Source: Eledone cirrhosa
Lineage: Eukaryota
Direction: 5' to 3'
DNA length: 64,000 bases
Assembly: GCA_964016885.1 (NCBI GenBank)
Contig: OZ024740.1
Location: 18,352,001-18,416,000 of the forward strand
The notes beneath the pieces were generated by a model. It did not search any database. It was not told the DNA's origin and saw only the letters and a program-made list of their open reading frames with translations. The stretch's first letter is position 1. Each line of letters starts with the position of its first letter. This document shows, in pieces, positions 26,437 to 40,209 of the stretch. The position numbers were made by a program, and so were the translations under genes.

Positions 26437-29400
26437 TTGAGAGTTGGCTGTTTGAACGCGCGTGGCCTGAGCTCAGCTTGGAAGCAAGCAAAGCTTCTAA
26501 GTGACCTCAGGTCACAAAGTATAGATGTGATGGTTGTTTGCGAGAGTCGGATCAGCAGCGTGAGACAGTTGGCGCCCGCCTTCGATGACTTTGAGATGCA
26601 CGCATCTCTCTGTCAACCCGGAGGCGGGGGGGGGGGGAGTTGCCGTACTGCTGGATAAACGTCTGACTCTCGACGTACAGATTGTTCACTCGGACCCGGG
26701 GGGTCGATTACTGGTGCTGGACGTCGGAGGTGGTGAAGGCGGGGCTTTCAGACTGGTCGGTCTTTATGCTCCCTTCGGGGCGGAGAGAGCCGACTTCTTC
26801 CAACGTCTGGAGACTTTTCTAGGAACGTCGCGTTCCCTGCTTTTAGTGGGGGACTGGAATGGAATCCTAGATGCGCGTTGGGACTATGCAGGGGCATGTC
26901 CCGATAGAGGGGGATGTAGCAGCCTCAAGGGGTTACTCGATCGATTCGACCTGGTCGATAGATTTCGACTAGATTGTCCAACTGCGCCAACCTGGACCTG
27001 GGCAAACCGCAGTGGACAATCTAGATCGTACCTAGATAGGTTTTTGGTTAGGAGTAAGGATAGGGACGTATTTAGTTGTCCAGAACTGATCATGGTTGGC
27101 TATTCAGATCACAAATTAGTGACCTGCGTGGTCAACCTTGATAGAACGCATAGACAGGGTCCCGGTTACTGGAAGATGAACTTGTCCTTACCGACAAAGA
27201 AAGATTACAGAAACCGGATTAGTAGCTTAGTTAAGATGCGGTTGACGGGAGCGATCGTCAACAGTAGGTGGTGGATATCTCTAAAGAGAGAGATTAGAGT
27301 AAGTTCGATAGGTTACAGTAAGGAACTAGCGGCGAATAGAAATAGGAGGGAAAGGGAGTTAACAGATAAACTAGAAGAGGCGATTAGGAGCGGAGACGTA
27401 GCCAGAGTGTTAGCGACGAGAACGGCATTGAGCCAGTTCTTTGACGCGAAGCACGAAGGCTGCGTTGTCCGAAGTAAAATACGTGCTTTAGGAAACGAGG
27501 GGACCAAAGCTGTTAGCTGGGCCCGCGTGACAGAAGCCAAGAGTGGGATTAAATCCACCATTCGGTCTTTGCGAGACCAGGATGGACGGGTGATCCTTGA
27601 ACCTGAGCGAATGTGCGAGACCTTTCAAAGGCACTTTGCTCGACTGTTCGGAGGTGGCGGGGGGCCGGACGGGGATGTGGACTTCGGTCCATACCTCGAC
27701 GGTCTACCGCGTCTTTCGAGCGGCGAAGCGGAGTGCTGCGAAAGGCCAATCACAGCCACTGAAATCGGGGAAGCGCTCAGCCAATGCAGCAGACGCAAAT
27801 CCCCGGGTCTCGATGGTCTACCATACGAACTTTATTTAGCTATGCCGGTCTTGTTCTCCGAACTCCTCGAGGCTGTCTATTGCAACTGGCAACAGAACGG
27901 GAGAATTCCCTGTTCTGTGACCAAGGGCGTGGTCACGCTAGTGAGGAAGGACGAGAGCAAGGGGGACGACTTAAGTAACTTTAGGCCCATAACTCTGCTG
28001 AATGCCGAGTTACAGATTTTGGCCAAGGTGTTGGCGAAGAGGTTGGCGCTTGTGGTGGGTGGTTTGGTGGGAGACGCGCAGACATGCGCTATCCCGTCCA
28101 GGTCCATTCACGACAACCTCCACCTCATGCGATACATCATAGAGAGGGTTGGCTACGAACCCGGCTTTGGTGGGGCCCTGATCAACTTGGATCAATCTAA
28201 GGCGTTCGATAGGGTCGACCATGGTTACCTGGATGCGGTGCTAGCGGCGGCGGGCTTCGGACCCGTTTTCAGGGGCTGGATTTCTGCCATGCACAGTGGC
28301 AACATCTACTCTAGGATTAAAGTAAACGGCTACCTCTCGGAGCCGTTTCAAATCACCCGATCCATCAGACAGGGGTGCCCCCTCTCCTCCCTTCTGTACG
28401 TATTGACTCTCGAGCCACTGCTGCGGAAGTTGGAGTTGCTGCGGGGCATACCCCTGGAACCGGGATTGCACAAAGCGGTCTCGGCCTATGCCGACGACGT
28501 AACAGTAATGGTGGCGGACGCCTCGGAAATCGGGGCGATCGCCACCCTACTGGAGGAATACGAAAGGCTGACGGGGGCTAAGCTGAACCAGGACAAGTCA
28601 GTCGGTTTGCAACTCGGAACGTGGAGGGGCAAACCGATGCCGTTAGACGGTGTCGTCGGGCGGTGGACGGAGGGCCCGGTGAAGCTGCTCGGGGTCTGGT
28701 TCGGACCGGACCTCCAGGTGGAGAAGAATTGGGGCGAGGTGACGAGCAGGGTGTTTGCGCTGACCCAGAAGTGGGCCAAGTGCAAACTATCACTGAAAGG
28801 TCGGGAGGAGGTGACGAACGCTTACACAGCGTCCGTCATCTACTACCGCCTGACCGTCGTGCCTTGCCCCAAGGAAAAGCTCACCATCATGGAACGCATG
28901 CTCTTCCAGTTCCTCTGGAAGAAGCGGCCTCCCATGGTGAGGAGATCCATCTGCTGCCAGCACCCTTCGAAAGGAGGGCTGGGTATGCCGTGGCTGTTGA
29001 TGCGTAGGCACGCATTGAGGCTACGGCATCTACAGGTATTCCTCACCGGTCAGCCGGTGTGGGCCCCGTTTGTGAGGCGAGCCTTCCCACAGCTCGTCTC
29101 GCTCACCGAGCTGCAATCCTGGGTGAAGCAAAGACCGAGAAAACTGGGCAACTGGCACACCGAGTGTGCCCAGGCGCTCACGGCTCTCTGGCAAGCGGAC
29201 CCGACTATCAGTGGAGAATCAACCTCGACATTCTATAGAGGGCTGGTGGCTAGCAGGGGCGACGACACCCTTGGAGAGTCGCTAGGCATGGAGGAGGACG
29301 AACTGGCCAGCCTGTTCGGTAGAACTTTCGGCCCGGGACCCATGGACAACTTCCAGAGGTCCCTAGCCTGGCAGTGTTACCGGGGGGCTCTGCCCGTTCG

Positions 29401-29869
29401 AGAAAAGCTCTACAGACACGGGCGCCCGGGCAGGGATCCCGCGAAAAAGATCTGTCCCAGATGCGTGCGCGACGAGGAAACCGTTGCGCATGCACTGGTA
29501 CACTGCCCGGGCGTTGCCGATCTGTGGGGCTACGTCGAACGACTGCTGTCGCGTGTGACGCCGATTCGATTGACCGCCGAGTCTGTGGTGAACATCAAGC
29601 CGCCTCCTCCCTTCAGAAATGAAGCAGAGGCGGTCTTTCTGTACGTAATAGCCATGATGAAAGAGGTTGTGTGGTGGACGCGCCTGAAAGGTCTGAGGTC
29701 GGGTGACTTTCTCTCCGGCCAACACCTGGTTTACTTCTTCCGATACCACTTCGGAAGAAGGATCAGGATGGAGAGAGAAGTGCTTAGCCCCAGACAGTTT
29801 TATGAAAGGTGGGTGAAAGAAGCGAGAATGGCTCGTGTAAATGGGCCTTCTCTCTACATTGTTCTGTAG
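26437..29869 (+). CDS. LINE ORF2, copy 2; frameshift in a G12 run at about 26626
   Basis: Same APE, RT and zf-RVT motifs as copy 1. Confidence 0.95.
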
Positions 29870-30124
29870 GTGAAGAAGTGAAGAGGAAAGGGGGAGCGCC
29901 GCCTCTCTGGGATTCCCCCGCGAAAAGAGTTGCACACTTTTCGGGGGTATGTGCAAAACCCAACACGCCCCCTCCTTTTTGAGGACTTTTTATTATTATG
30001 TTATTCTCATTGTTATGCCTTTTTCTTTACTCGCATTTATGTAAACCCCCCCACCCCTGTGTATTTGTCCCTTTCTCTTGTGCCCTAGTGGCAAATAAAT
30101 AGAAATCTATCTATCTATCTATCT

Positions 30125-30505
30125 GACAACAACTCACCTCCTTCTTTAAGTACCACTTCAGAAGGAAGGTGAGAGTGGAGAGAGAGAGGCGCTAAACCCC
30201 AGTAAATTCGCTGAAAGGTGGGTGAATGTGGCGAAAATGGCCCGAGTGAATGGGCCTTCTCTGTGTATAAACCTGTAGGCTGAGGAAGATAAACAGAGGG
30301 AAGACGGGAACACCTACAAAACGTGTTCCTAGTGTTGAGGGTTGTTCTATCCACGGGGTGTAAAACAACCCCGCAGTAGCGTTACCCCCCCCCCTAATGG
30401 GGATTTCAATTGTTTTATTTTTATATAGTTTATTGTTATTTATCATTGTTAAAGATTTTATGTAAAACCCCCGCCGTCACGTCTTGTAATGTCCCATTTT
30501 TGTAC
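30125..30505 (+). mobile_element. Short 3' fragment of a related Tx1 subfamily
   Basis: FFKYHF..ERE..ERWV..RVNGPS homology plus 3' UTR. Begins at the (CTAT)n tail of copy 2. Confidence 0.8.
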
Positions 30506-31828
30506 GTCGACAAGGATGCCCTCTCTCCTCCCTTCTGTACGTATTGACTCTCGAGCCACTACTACGGAAGTTGGAGCTATTGCAGGGCATCCCTCTGGAA
30601 CCGGGACTGCGAAAAGCGTCGTCGGCCTACGCCGACGACTTGACAGTAATGGTGTCGAGCGCCTCGCAAATCGAGGAGGTCGGCACCTTACTGAAGGAAT
30701 ACGGAAGGTTCACAGGAGCGAAGCTGAACCGGGACAAGTCCATCGGTTTGCAACTCGGGTCGTGGAGAGACAAACCGATGCCTTCCGATGGCGTCGTCGG
30801 ACGCTGGACGGAAGGACCAGTAAAGCTGCTCGGGGTCTGGTTTGGTCCGGACCTCCAGGTGGAGAAGAACTAGAACGAGGTGACGGCCAAGGTGTTTGCA
30901 CTCACTCAGAAGTGGGCCGAGTGCAAACTATCCTTGAAAGGTCGAGCGGAGGTGGTGAACACTTTTATAGCGTCCGCCATCTACTACTGCTTGACCGTCG
31001 TGCCTTGTCCAGCCAAAACGCTCGCCAAAATGGAGCGCGCGCTCTTCCAATTCCTTTGGAAGAGGCGGGCTCCTTTGGTGAGAAGATCCATCTGCTGCCA
31101 ACGCCCTTCCAACGGAGGGCTGGGGAAGGGACCCTGCAAAAAAGATCTGTCCGAGGTGCGTATGAGACGATGAAACCGTCGCGCACGCATTCATACACTT
31201 CCCGGGCGTTACCGACCTGTGGGGCTATGTGGACCGACTATTGTCGCGGGTGGGACCAATCCAGTTGACCACCGAGTCCATTGTCATGATCAAGCCGCCA
31301 CCCTCCTTCAAAAATGAAGGAGAGGCGGTTTTACTTTGTGTGATAGCTATGGCAAAAGAGGTTGTATGGTGGACAAGGTTGAAAGGGCTGAGGTCAGACA
31401 CCTTTCTCTCCGGCCAACAACTGATTCTTTTTTTCAAATACCACTTTGGAAGAAGAATCAGGATGGAGAGAGAAGTGCTGTACCCCAGCAAGTTTTATGA
31501 AAGGTGGGTGAAAGTGGCGAGAATAGCCCGAGTGAATGGGCCTTTATCTCTATATCAGCCTGTAGGTTGAGGAAAAGGAGGAGGAGAGGAAAGGAGTACA
31601 AACTCTTCGTACTCCTGGAGATGAGGGTTGCACATTTTCTTTTTCGGGGCTATGTGTTACCCATATGAAATGTCTCCCTCTATTGGGGAAAATCGATTAA
31701 TTTTAAAATTGCATTTGTGATAATATTTTACACGTTTTTTTTTGTATGTAAACTTCCCACTTTGTATTTGTCCCCTTCTTTTGTGCCCCTGTGGCTAATA
31801 AAGAAACATATCTATCTATCTACCTATA
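30506..31828 (+). mobile_element. 5'-truncated, internally deleted Tx1 fragment
   Basis: RQGCPLS..YADD..; nonsense codon at 30871; deletion junction at about 31125; ends AATAAAGAAACATATCTATCTATC. Confidence 0.9.
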
Positions 31829-31923
31829 TGCATTGAGCACACTAACCTTCTCTCTACTGGCCAGTAATCTGCATAACTAATCCCCTTTCTCCCTCCTCAT
31901 TAGATTACTTGCTTTTTACCTTA

Positions 31924-31951
<28 letters not shown>

Positions 31952-31958
<7 letters not shown>

Positions 31959-32254
31959 AAAAAGGGATGAAATCGAAAATGCAACTGAAGTCTTATTTTT
32001 TTTAAAAATATATATATTTATTTGGTTCCTTTACCGGTTTCGCAGTTCTTCTGCTTTTCAAAAGGTGAGTTGAGATGGAGGGTCTGTGGTTTTTCTCACA
32101 TCTGATGTGAGAAAAACCACAGACCCTCCATCTCAACTCACCTTTTGAAAAGCAGAAGAACTGCGAAACCGGTAAAGGAACCAAATAAATATATATATTT
32201 TAAAAAAAAATAAGACTTCAGTTGCATTTTCCATTTCATCCCTTTTTCTTTATA
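31952..32254. repeat. Fold-back inverted repeat (about 150-bp arms); PLE-like 3' fragment, family also at about 53966-54345 (-)
   Basis: Near-perfect palindrome centred at about 32103. Contains GAAA-CCGG-TA, the 3' half of a hammerhead. Confidence 0.85.
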
Positions 32255-32309
32255 CTTCCACTCGTGTAGGACACCTCGGTTATTTTTCATTTTGTAAAAA
32301 AAACCTCAC

Positions 32310-32388
<79 letters not shown>

Positions 32389-32649
32389 TAAGGTAAAAAG
32401 CATGTAATCTATATATACATTCATATGATTTATTGATTTATTGATATTTTATCTGAGTGACCCGAATCTTCCTGATCGTAATTTTTCGGTCGTATGGTTG
32501 ATTTTAGACATAATCTATGTGTGTTGGTATTTTAACGATAGTTATAGCTCTGATTTATCTGAATTATTGAGCCCTCTGCCACTCATGTCGAATTTTGTTT
32601 ATCGTGAACTCGTGCGCCGATTTTTCGATACTCGATTATTCTACTATAT

Positions 32650-33352
<703 letters not shown>

Positions 33353-33486
33353 TTATATAAATATATATATAGTGGTAGAACACTGGAAGGTAATATCCGA
33401 AGTGGTAGAGCACTCAGTCCATGGGACGAGTTAGGTAGAGGTGGTTATACAACAGTGAGTTCACCATACCGAGAACAATTGTTCTC

Positions 33487-33529
<43 letters not shown>

Positions 33530-34273
33530 GTGGTTACCACCAGTGGTTACCACCGTGTCATTCACTTATTTGGTACAGAGCGAAATACCTGTTGATAGCG
33601 TGATATTCCTTGTTCGATCATTATACCCAAAGCTTATATATTTAAGCAGACTGTATTTGATCTAGGTGTCACAGAAACTCTACATCGGACTTTAACAGCA
33701 ATTCCGGGAGTCCAGGTCTGGTTATCATTTATTTTTTATCATTTATTTTGTTTTGACATGTTTAGCTTGATTTGGTTTTTGTCTTGGGTGGTTGATGCCT
33801 TCTTGACCACCTTTTCAGTTTTGTATGGCTTCTTAACACATTGTTTAGCTCTGGTTTTTAACTATTGAGCACTTTGCCAGTATCATTTCTGATTTTTGCG
33901 TTTCGCTTCGCTTTTCCTGCCCGCCGAAATGTGATTCTCGCTGAATCTTTATTTGTATATATATATATATATATATATTAGAATTGGTGCTCTGAAATAG
34001 CGATATATATGTATATACAGTGTATTTTGCAATACACTGTATGCTTAATTAAAACCATTTTGAAGACCTTACGCTATTGTTTTAAAGTAGTGACTATGTC
34101 ACTTACTTCTTTTTTCAACAAACAAAGGGAGATAAGCTGACAGATCTCTGTTTCATACTGTTGGTATTCCTCAGAGTAGTTCAACAGATTCAGGTCTGGC
34201 GTGCTAGGGGGCCATATGTTTGGAGTGACGTGTTCGTGGAGATTGAAACTCATTTATTAATGTATCGCCTTGA

Positions 34274-34484
34274 CCTTATGAAAAGGCGCAGGGACTTGAT
34301 GGTCGATGTACGGTAATCTTTTACTAACACTGTCCAAAATATTGGCCTTATGAAAGGGCGCAGGGACTTGATGGTCGATGTACGGTAATCTTTTACTAAC
34401 ACTGTCCAAAATATTGGCCTTATGAAAGGGCGCAGGGACTTGATGGTCGATGTACGGTAATCTTTTACTAACACTGTCCAAAAT
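34274..34484. repeat. 72-bp tandem repeat, about 3 copies
   Basis: CCTTATGAAA.GGCGCAGGGACTTG.. starts at 34274, 34346 and 34418. Confidence 0.95.
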
Positions 34485-34489
34485 ATATA

Positions 34490-34663
34490 AAGATCATCTC
34501 ATGTGAACATTTCAAACGACGTATTGAAGCAGTCATCAATACTAACGGCGAGTTACATGAAGAATCAAGAAGAGTCTCGATTATTCGTGCCAAATGTTTT
34601 CTCAAATAAAGTTCTTCTTTCATGACATTACTAAACTCTTGCCAATGTACTGAGCAGCCATGT
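34490..34663 (+). mobile_element. Tc1/mariner 3' relic
   Basis: Translates SCEHFKRRIEAVINTNG, the typical Tc1/DD37D C-terminus, followed by AATAAA and a TIR-like end ..GCAGCCATG|TA. Confidence 0.55.
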
Positions 34664-35178
34664 ATATATATAAGGAAGTGCTATTGCAAGCTTATCACCA
34701 TGAATGCAATAGCTTAAGTAATAGATTAAATATTAACAGTCTTAGGTTATTAATTATGTAACTAACAGTAGATATTGTGTGTATAAGAGTGTATTGAGAA
34801 AAAGCAAACAAACACACAAAAATAAGCCGGGTGTGGCCTCAAAGAAACGGGTGCGACATTATTTACATATCAGATTTTTATTTTGAAAATATTTCTTTTC
34901 AATTTTTTTTAATTATTGCAGCCCGAAGCTAAGTTTTCTCTCTTTCTCTCTCTTAGATTGCATATAATGTCGTCAGTTTATATTTTTATGAAGTGCTCAG
35001 TAAGGATATTGATTGCAATGAGGGATTAGTTAGAGGATTATATCAGATTTCGTTGCAGTGAGCAGCAGAAAAAAGCTGACTATAAAAGAAAAGTAAGCGG
35101 GTGAGGTAATAATATTAGCTCTATTATATATAAATATACATACAAGCAAATATATATATATTTACACACACACACATG

Positions 35179-35270
<92 letters not shown>

Positions 35271-35339
35271 AACATGTATATATATATATAATACCTAATA
35301 TATGTATATATGTATATATATATGTACATATATATACAC

Positions 35340-35376
<37 letters not shown>

Positions 35377-35384
35377 TATGTACA

Positions 35385-35434
<50 letters not shown>

Positions 35435-35568
35435 CATAAATATACATATATAAACACACATATATATAAATGCATAAATATATATATATGTATATATATA
35501 AATATATATATGTTTTTATATAGGTATATTTATGTGTGTATATGTGTACAGATACACACACATAAACA

Positions 35569-35631
<63 letters not shown>

Positions 35632-35635
<4 letters not shown>

Positions 35636-36493
35636 TGTTGTAATAATATTGCCAGAAATAATAACAGAACACACTCACTGTTTGGTTGGTTTTCGCTTGT
35701 GTATCTTTTATATCAGTTAATTCATTCGGTCCTCAATGTTTACAATTGACTGACCAACGGTCAAAAATACAGATATAATATAGATATAAACACATATATA
35801 TAGTCTAACAAAGTTCTTTCGTTGCACATCTGCAACATCATCATGGTACTATTATGTTCCTCCTGTTGTATTATATATCTACGCCATTTTTATTTTATCT
35901 GTTTATTCATTTATTTTTGTCTTCTTCTCTTAGAGCTTAGAAAGCCAAAGCTAAACAGAAAAAATGAATGGAATAACAACACCCAAACAAACAATACTAA
36001 ATTATGAGGAATATAAATATATAAATAAATAAATAAATAAATAAATAAATATACACACAAGCACAATAACAACAAACACATATAAACACAGACTAGTAAA
36101 CTAAGATGGAATACAATAACTGAAACGCAGTCACCCAAACGCGAACACACACCAAACACTATACACACATGCAAACGCATGCGCAGAGAAGAAGACAAAA
36201 ATAAAGAAATAAATAAACAGATAAAATAAAAATGGCGTAGATATACAATACAACAGGAGGAACATAATAGTACCACTGACGATGTTGCGGATGTGCAACG
36301 AAAGAACTTTGTTAGACTATATATATATGTGTTTATATCTATATTATATCTGTATTTTTGACCGTTGGTCAGTCAATGGTAAACATTGATCGCCAAATGA
36401 ATTAACTGTGGAGATATAAAAGATACAGAAGCGAAAACCAACCAAACAGTGGCAATATTATTACAACAATATGACCCTCCCTAAGTATAACAA
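35632..36493. mobile_element. Short PLE family X: inverted pair of pseudo-LTRs (further copies at about 40955-41195, 59925-60447, 63168-63288)
   Basis: About 35632-35925 is the reverse complement of about 36190-36475. Both arms carry the hammerhead region. Confidence 0.8.
36267..36320 (+). ncRNA. Hammerhead motif of family X (also 40972-41025 and 60201-60254; core-mutated copy at 35800-35852 on -)
   Basis: CTGACGA-T, stem II GTTGC/GCAAC, GAAA-G-AA-C-TT, bulged stem I ATAGT..ACCA/TGTT..ACTAT. Confidence 0.65.
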
Positions 36494-36516
36494 TATATAT
36501 ATATATATATATATAT

Positions 36517-37307
36517 ATTGTTATACTTTGGGAGGGTCATGTTGCCAATAAGAAACACACGCACCAGTTGCTTTCACTTCAATTTATTATATATTTATAA
36601 ATTTATATGGGGAACGGATAAATGAACACTGGCGAGACCTTCAAGATAATAAAGAATCATCTGTACTCTACCAACATGCTAAGATAGAACACAAGGGTAA
36701 ATTAGAGAACATAGAAATAAAAATAGAATCTACACACAGAAAAGACGCAATGTTTAGACAAATTACAGAGGCAATAAACATAAAAGAATTACAACCAAAA
36801 TTAAATAGAAAATATGAGTGGAACAGCAGCATCACAACTTACAATTAAGGACAAAATGAAAACACACACACACATAGAACAAACAACCAACCAGTAACAT
36901 GTAAATAAACAAATAAATAAATGAACATAAACACACACAGATACCCGGATGTGGCGCATGCGCAGACTGAGCACACAACACACACACAGAAACAAGATGG
37001 CGTGGGACAGGGCAGGGCAGAACAAAGGAGAGGCACAGAAACAAAGAAAGGAATCCCCAGTCACTGAAGAGGTCACAGAGTGTGTGACGAAAGAACTATG
37101 ACTATATATAAACAACTATCTGGTTGTGGAACCAACCAACCAACCAGAAATTTATAAATTTATAAATTTATAAATATATAATAAATTGAAGTGAAAGCAA
37201 CTGGTGCGTGTGTTTCTTATTGGCAACATGACCCTCCCAAAGTATAACAATATCGGTTTCAACACACGATTTCAGATAAAGAATCTTGCTAAACAAATTC
37301 AGAAACG

Positions 37308-37308
<1 letters not shown>
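36517..37308 (+). mobile_element. 5'-truncated PLE family Y with an inverted 5' arm and a GIY-YIG C-terminal fragment
   Basis: 36606-36848 translates YGERINEHW..SVLYQHAKIEH..FRQITEAINIKELQPKLNRKYEW. 36517-36605 is an inverted copy of 37160-37250. Confidence 0.8.
37059..37103 (+). ncRNA. Minimal type I hammerhead ribozyme motif of family Y
   Basis: Stem I AGTCA/TGACT, CTGAAGA-G, stem II GTCAC/GTGAC, GAAA-G-AA-C-TA. Confidence 0.8.
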
Positions 37309-37374
<66 letters not shown>

Positions 37375-37375
37375 C

Positions 37376-40209
37376 GATATTAACAAATGGAAACTATATT
37401 TATAAAACCATAGTTATTTCATTATACATATTTCAAGGACACCAAGTTAAATTATAGTGTGCTTTCATCAGATAAAATATAATATAGAGCCGTTTTATAA
37501 ATAAATATTGACATACCCTTAAATAATGCAACCATTACTGTTGGAAGCTCCCGGATAGTGGAGTTATATCTTTAATTATACTATTAGGTAAGTTAGTATT
37601 GGATATTTTTAAATAAGCCGTTGGGTTACGGAGAAAGAGAAAGAGAGAGAGAGAGAGAGAGCAGAACAACAGAGAGAAAGAGAGAGGGAGAGAGAGAGAG
37701 AGAGGAGAAAGACAAAGGAGAGAGAGCGAAAACTCTAAGTCATATCTTGTTGAGTTATCTTAACATTTGAGATGAAATGAATAAATAAAATTAGAAATGT
37801 TAATAATCATGAATGGAAGATACATATATATGAGAAATTTAACCATTGTTTAAATATGATTAAATGTTTAGTTAATCAGTTAAAATATTGAGATCAATAC
37901 ATTAAAAATTGAGATCTATATATTAAAAAATCTATATATTATTATTAAGACTATATTATTAAAAATCTATATATTATATAACACATATACATACGCAAAA
38001 ATACATACATATAAATATATATACACACGTATAAAGATATATATACGAGTACATATCTAACTACGTATATAATATATACATACAAAATATAAAGGATTTT
38101 TTAATTTAATATATAAGAATCTTATAAAATCAGAGAAAATCATTTCAATGTAATATCAAAGCAGCGTGAAGGAAAATTACGTTATTTAGTTATATAAATG
38201 TTACAATTGTTAAATATTAAAGGAAATTTCATGTTATACACACTTTATGTTATTAAACACATTTTTTTAATATAAGTTTTATAAGATTACCTGTTATGTA
38301 GTTATGACTGTTATTATATGTTTATTTGTCACGAACCTTGGGATAATCTCTATAAATAAGTGCAATCGAATTGTATGCATATACACATATATATACATAC
38401 ACAATTCCCACATATACATACATATAGATATGATATCATTTTCAAAATCCATTAGTAGTTTGTTGGGGGATGGATTTTTTTTAGAATTGAAGATTTTATC
38501 CAGATTGGAGACATTTTCATTTAGATTAGATTTACATATGTGTGTATGTACAAATGCATGTGTATGGTGAAAATGTGCGTAAGTACATATATGAGGGCAA
38601 GTATATTTGTGTATATGTGACCACAAATACGTATATAATATGATTTGAAAAAGAAATTGTAAGATATTATAGTTAACACGCATCCAGATACAGGTATTAA
38701 ATACACATACGCGTATGAAAGTACGCGTATAAACACACACACACGCGCGGTCACTTATATGCGGAAGATAAAGAGGGAAGGGAGTGTAATAGTAAAAAGA
38801 AGTGTCATTCTCGATATATGTATAAAAATGAAACAATATATGAGAATGAAAAACAATTTTAAATCAAAGAGAAAGTAAGAGGGAGGGGTTATCAATTAAC
38901 ACTAGAATAAAGAAAACAAACATAGGTACGTACGTACACACACATATATATATATAAATATATATACATATAAATACGTACAGACAAAAGCGCATGCATG
39001 CGTACATACATACACACGAGGCACGTATATATATATATCGCCACATCTATATCTAATCACACGTACGTACGCGACTATATATATACATATATACATACAC
39101 ACCCATACATACGTATACATATACACATATATACATACACATACATTCACCCACATACACGCACACGTATACATAAGTATGTAAAAAACATAGATATAAA
39201 AACACACATACACACATATATATATATATATACGTACACACGCACACATACGGAGGCGTTCGTATACATATACAGAACGTATACACACATATGCACACTC
39301 ACACGCATAGATACAAATTATAAACCAGCCGTATGAATAAATGAGTACAAATATAAAATCGGCTGCGAAACAACAGAATATATCTGGAGTGGAAAACGCA
39401 AGTGACAGTGTTATCAGGTAGTGAAAGAAAATGGGGAAGTAAAATGTGGAATGTGAAGATATTAGGTAAGTGAATCAAAAAGTAGGGGGGGGGGGGGCGG
39501 TTTACTGGTGGATGTGAAGTAAAAATAAAGTAAAGTTAAAAATAAAGTTAAAAATGAAAGTAAATCAGAAAGAGAAGTCTGTAAAGAGGATAATTTAAGG
39601 AAAGTGAAGAACAAGAGTTTATGGAGGATAAGTATCTGAAAGTGAGTTAAGTTTATATGAGCTGGAAAGCAAGTGTGATTTCATGTGTGGGCAACTGGTG
39701 GAAATTTCTGTTTTTGCGTTTAGGCAGGTTTTTGGTGATTAAAGGTTCTGTAAAATCCAATATTTTTCACTTATGCAGAGTGTGCATCTTCTTGTTCCTC
39801 TTGCATATTCTTTAGATTGGTTCAAAATTGACCAATCCAATTTATATTGGATACCTTGGTCTTTCAAATCCCATATTCTGCTAGCCAGAGTTGTTGTAAA
39901 TCTTTTTTCTGGATGTCGGAAAGATGCGACATGTGAGTAATAACGCGTTTTGAATTTGTCTTGTGTCATACCCACATATCGCTCGCTGGTGGCTGGTAGG
40001 TTGTTGCTGATGGTTGTCACTTTAGCCGCATATACAATGGCTTTGGTGTTGCATTTATCTTGTAATGGGCATTCACTTTTGACTCTACAGGAGCAATTTT
40101 GATGTTCTCTGGGTGTTTTCTTATTGATGATATAAGATTTAATAGAAGGTCCGTCGGTGATGTAACAAATAATTAGATAATTATTAATAGCAGTGATGCT
40201 AATGACCAT
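37376..40209 (-). mobile_element. 5'-truncated Hydra-type PLE, related to the element at 1-2780
   Basis: GIY-YIG CSCRVKSECPL..IVY..YVGMT..FKTRYYSH..CTLCISEK, then an in-frame stop and CLNAKTEISTSCPH. The 3' end is homologous to 2540-2690. Confidence 0.85.
37415..37479 (-). ncRNA. Type I hammerhead motif homologous to 2583-2648
   Basis: Minus strand: TATTTTAT CTGATGA AAG..CTT GAAA TATGTAT A ATGAAATA. Confidence 0.75.

Larger units (their letters stand above)
24395..30124 (+). mobile_element. Full-length L1/Tx1-clade LINE, copy 2 (head-to-tail with copy 1, offset about 5716 bp)
   Basis: Same 5' end TGATAGAGTAAGACAC, near-identical ORFs, ends in AATAAA plus (CTAT)n. Confidence 0.95.

Noticed and set aside
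21168-29966. Overlapping and antisense ORFs within LINE ORF2
   Set aside because: Expected shadow ORFs of GC-rich coding DNA, with no recognisable motifs.
18679-30124. Tandem LINE as an assembly artefact
   Set aside because: The copies differ by scattered substitutions (AVQL versus AEKL, several 3' UTR differences), so they look like real separate copies.
34274-34484. CRISPR-like periodicity (also the Helitron minisatellites)
   Set aside because: Contiguous tandem units without unique spacers, in a eukaryotic context with no cas genes.
35080-35749. YI/CV/HT-rich short ORFs here and elsewhere
   Set aside because: Translations of TA and CA microsatellites.
37031-37154. G-to-A (APOBEC-like) hypermutation of this copy as the alternative polarity
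   Set aside because: This copy has the canonical CTGAAGA/GAAA core and matches family X architecture, so A is ancestral.
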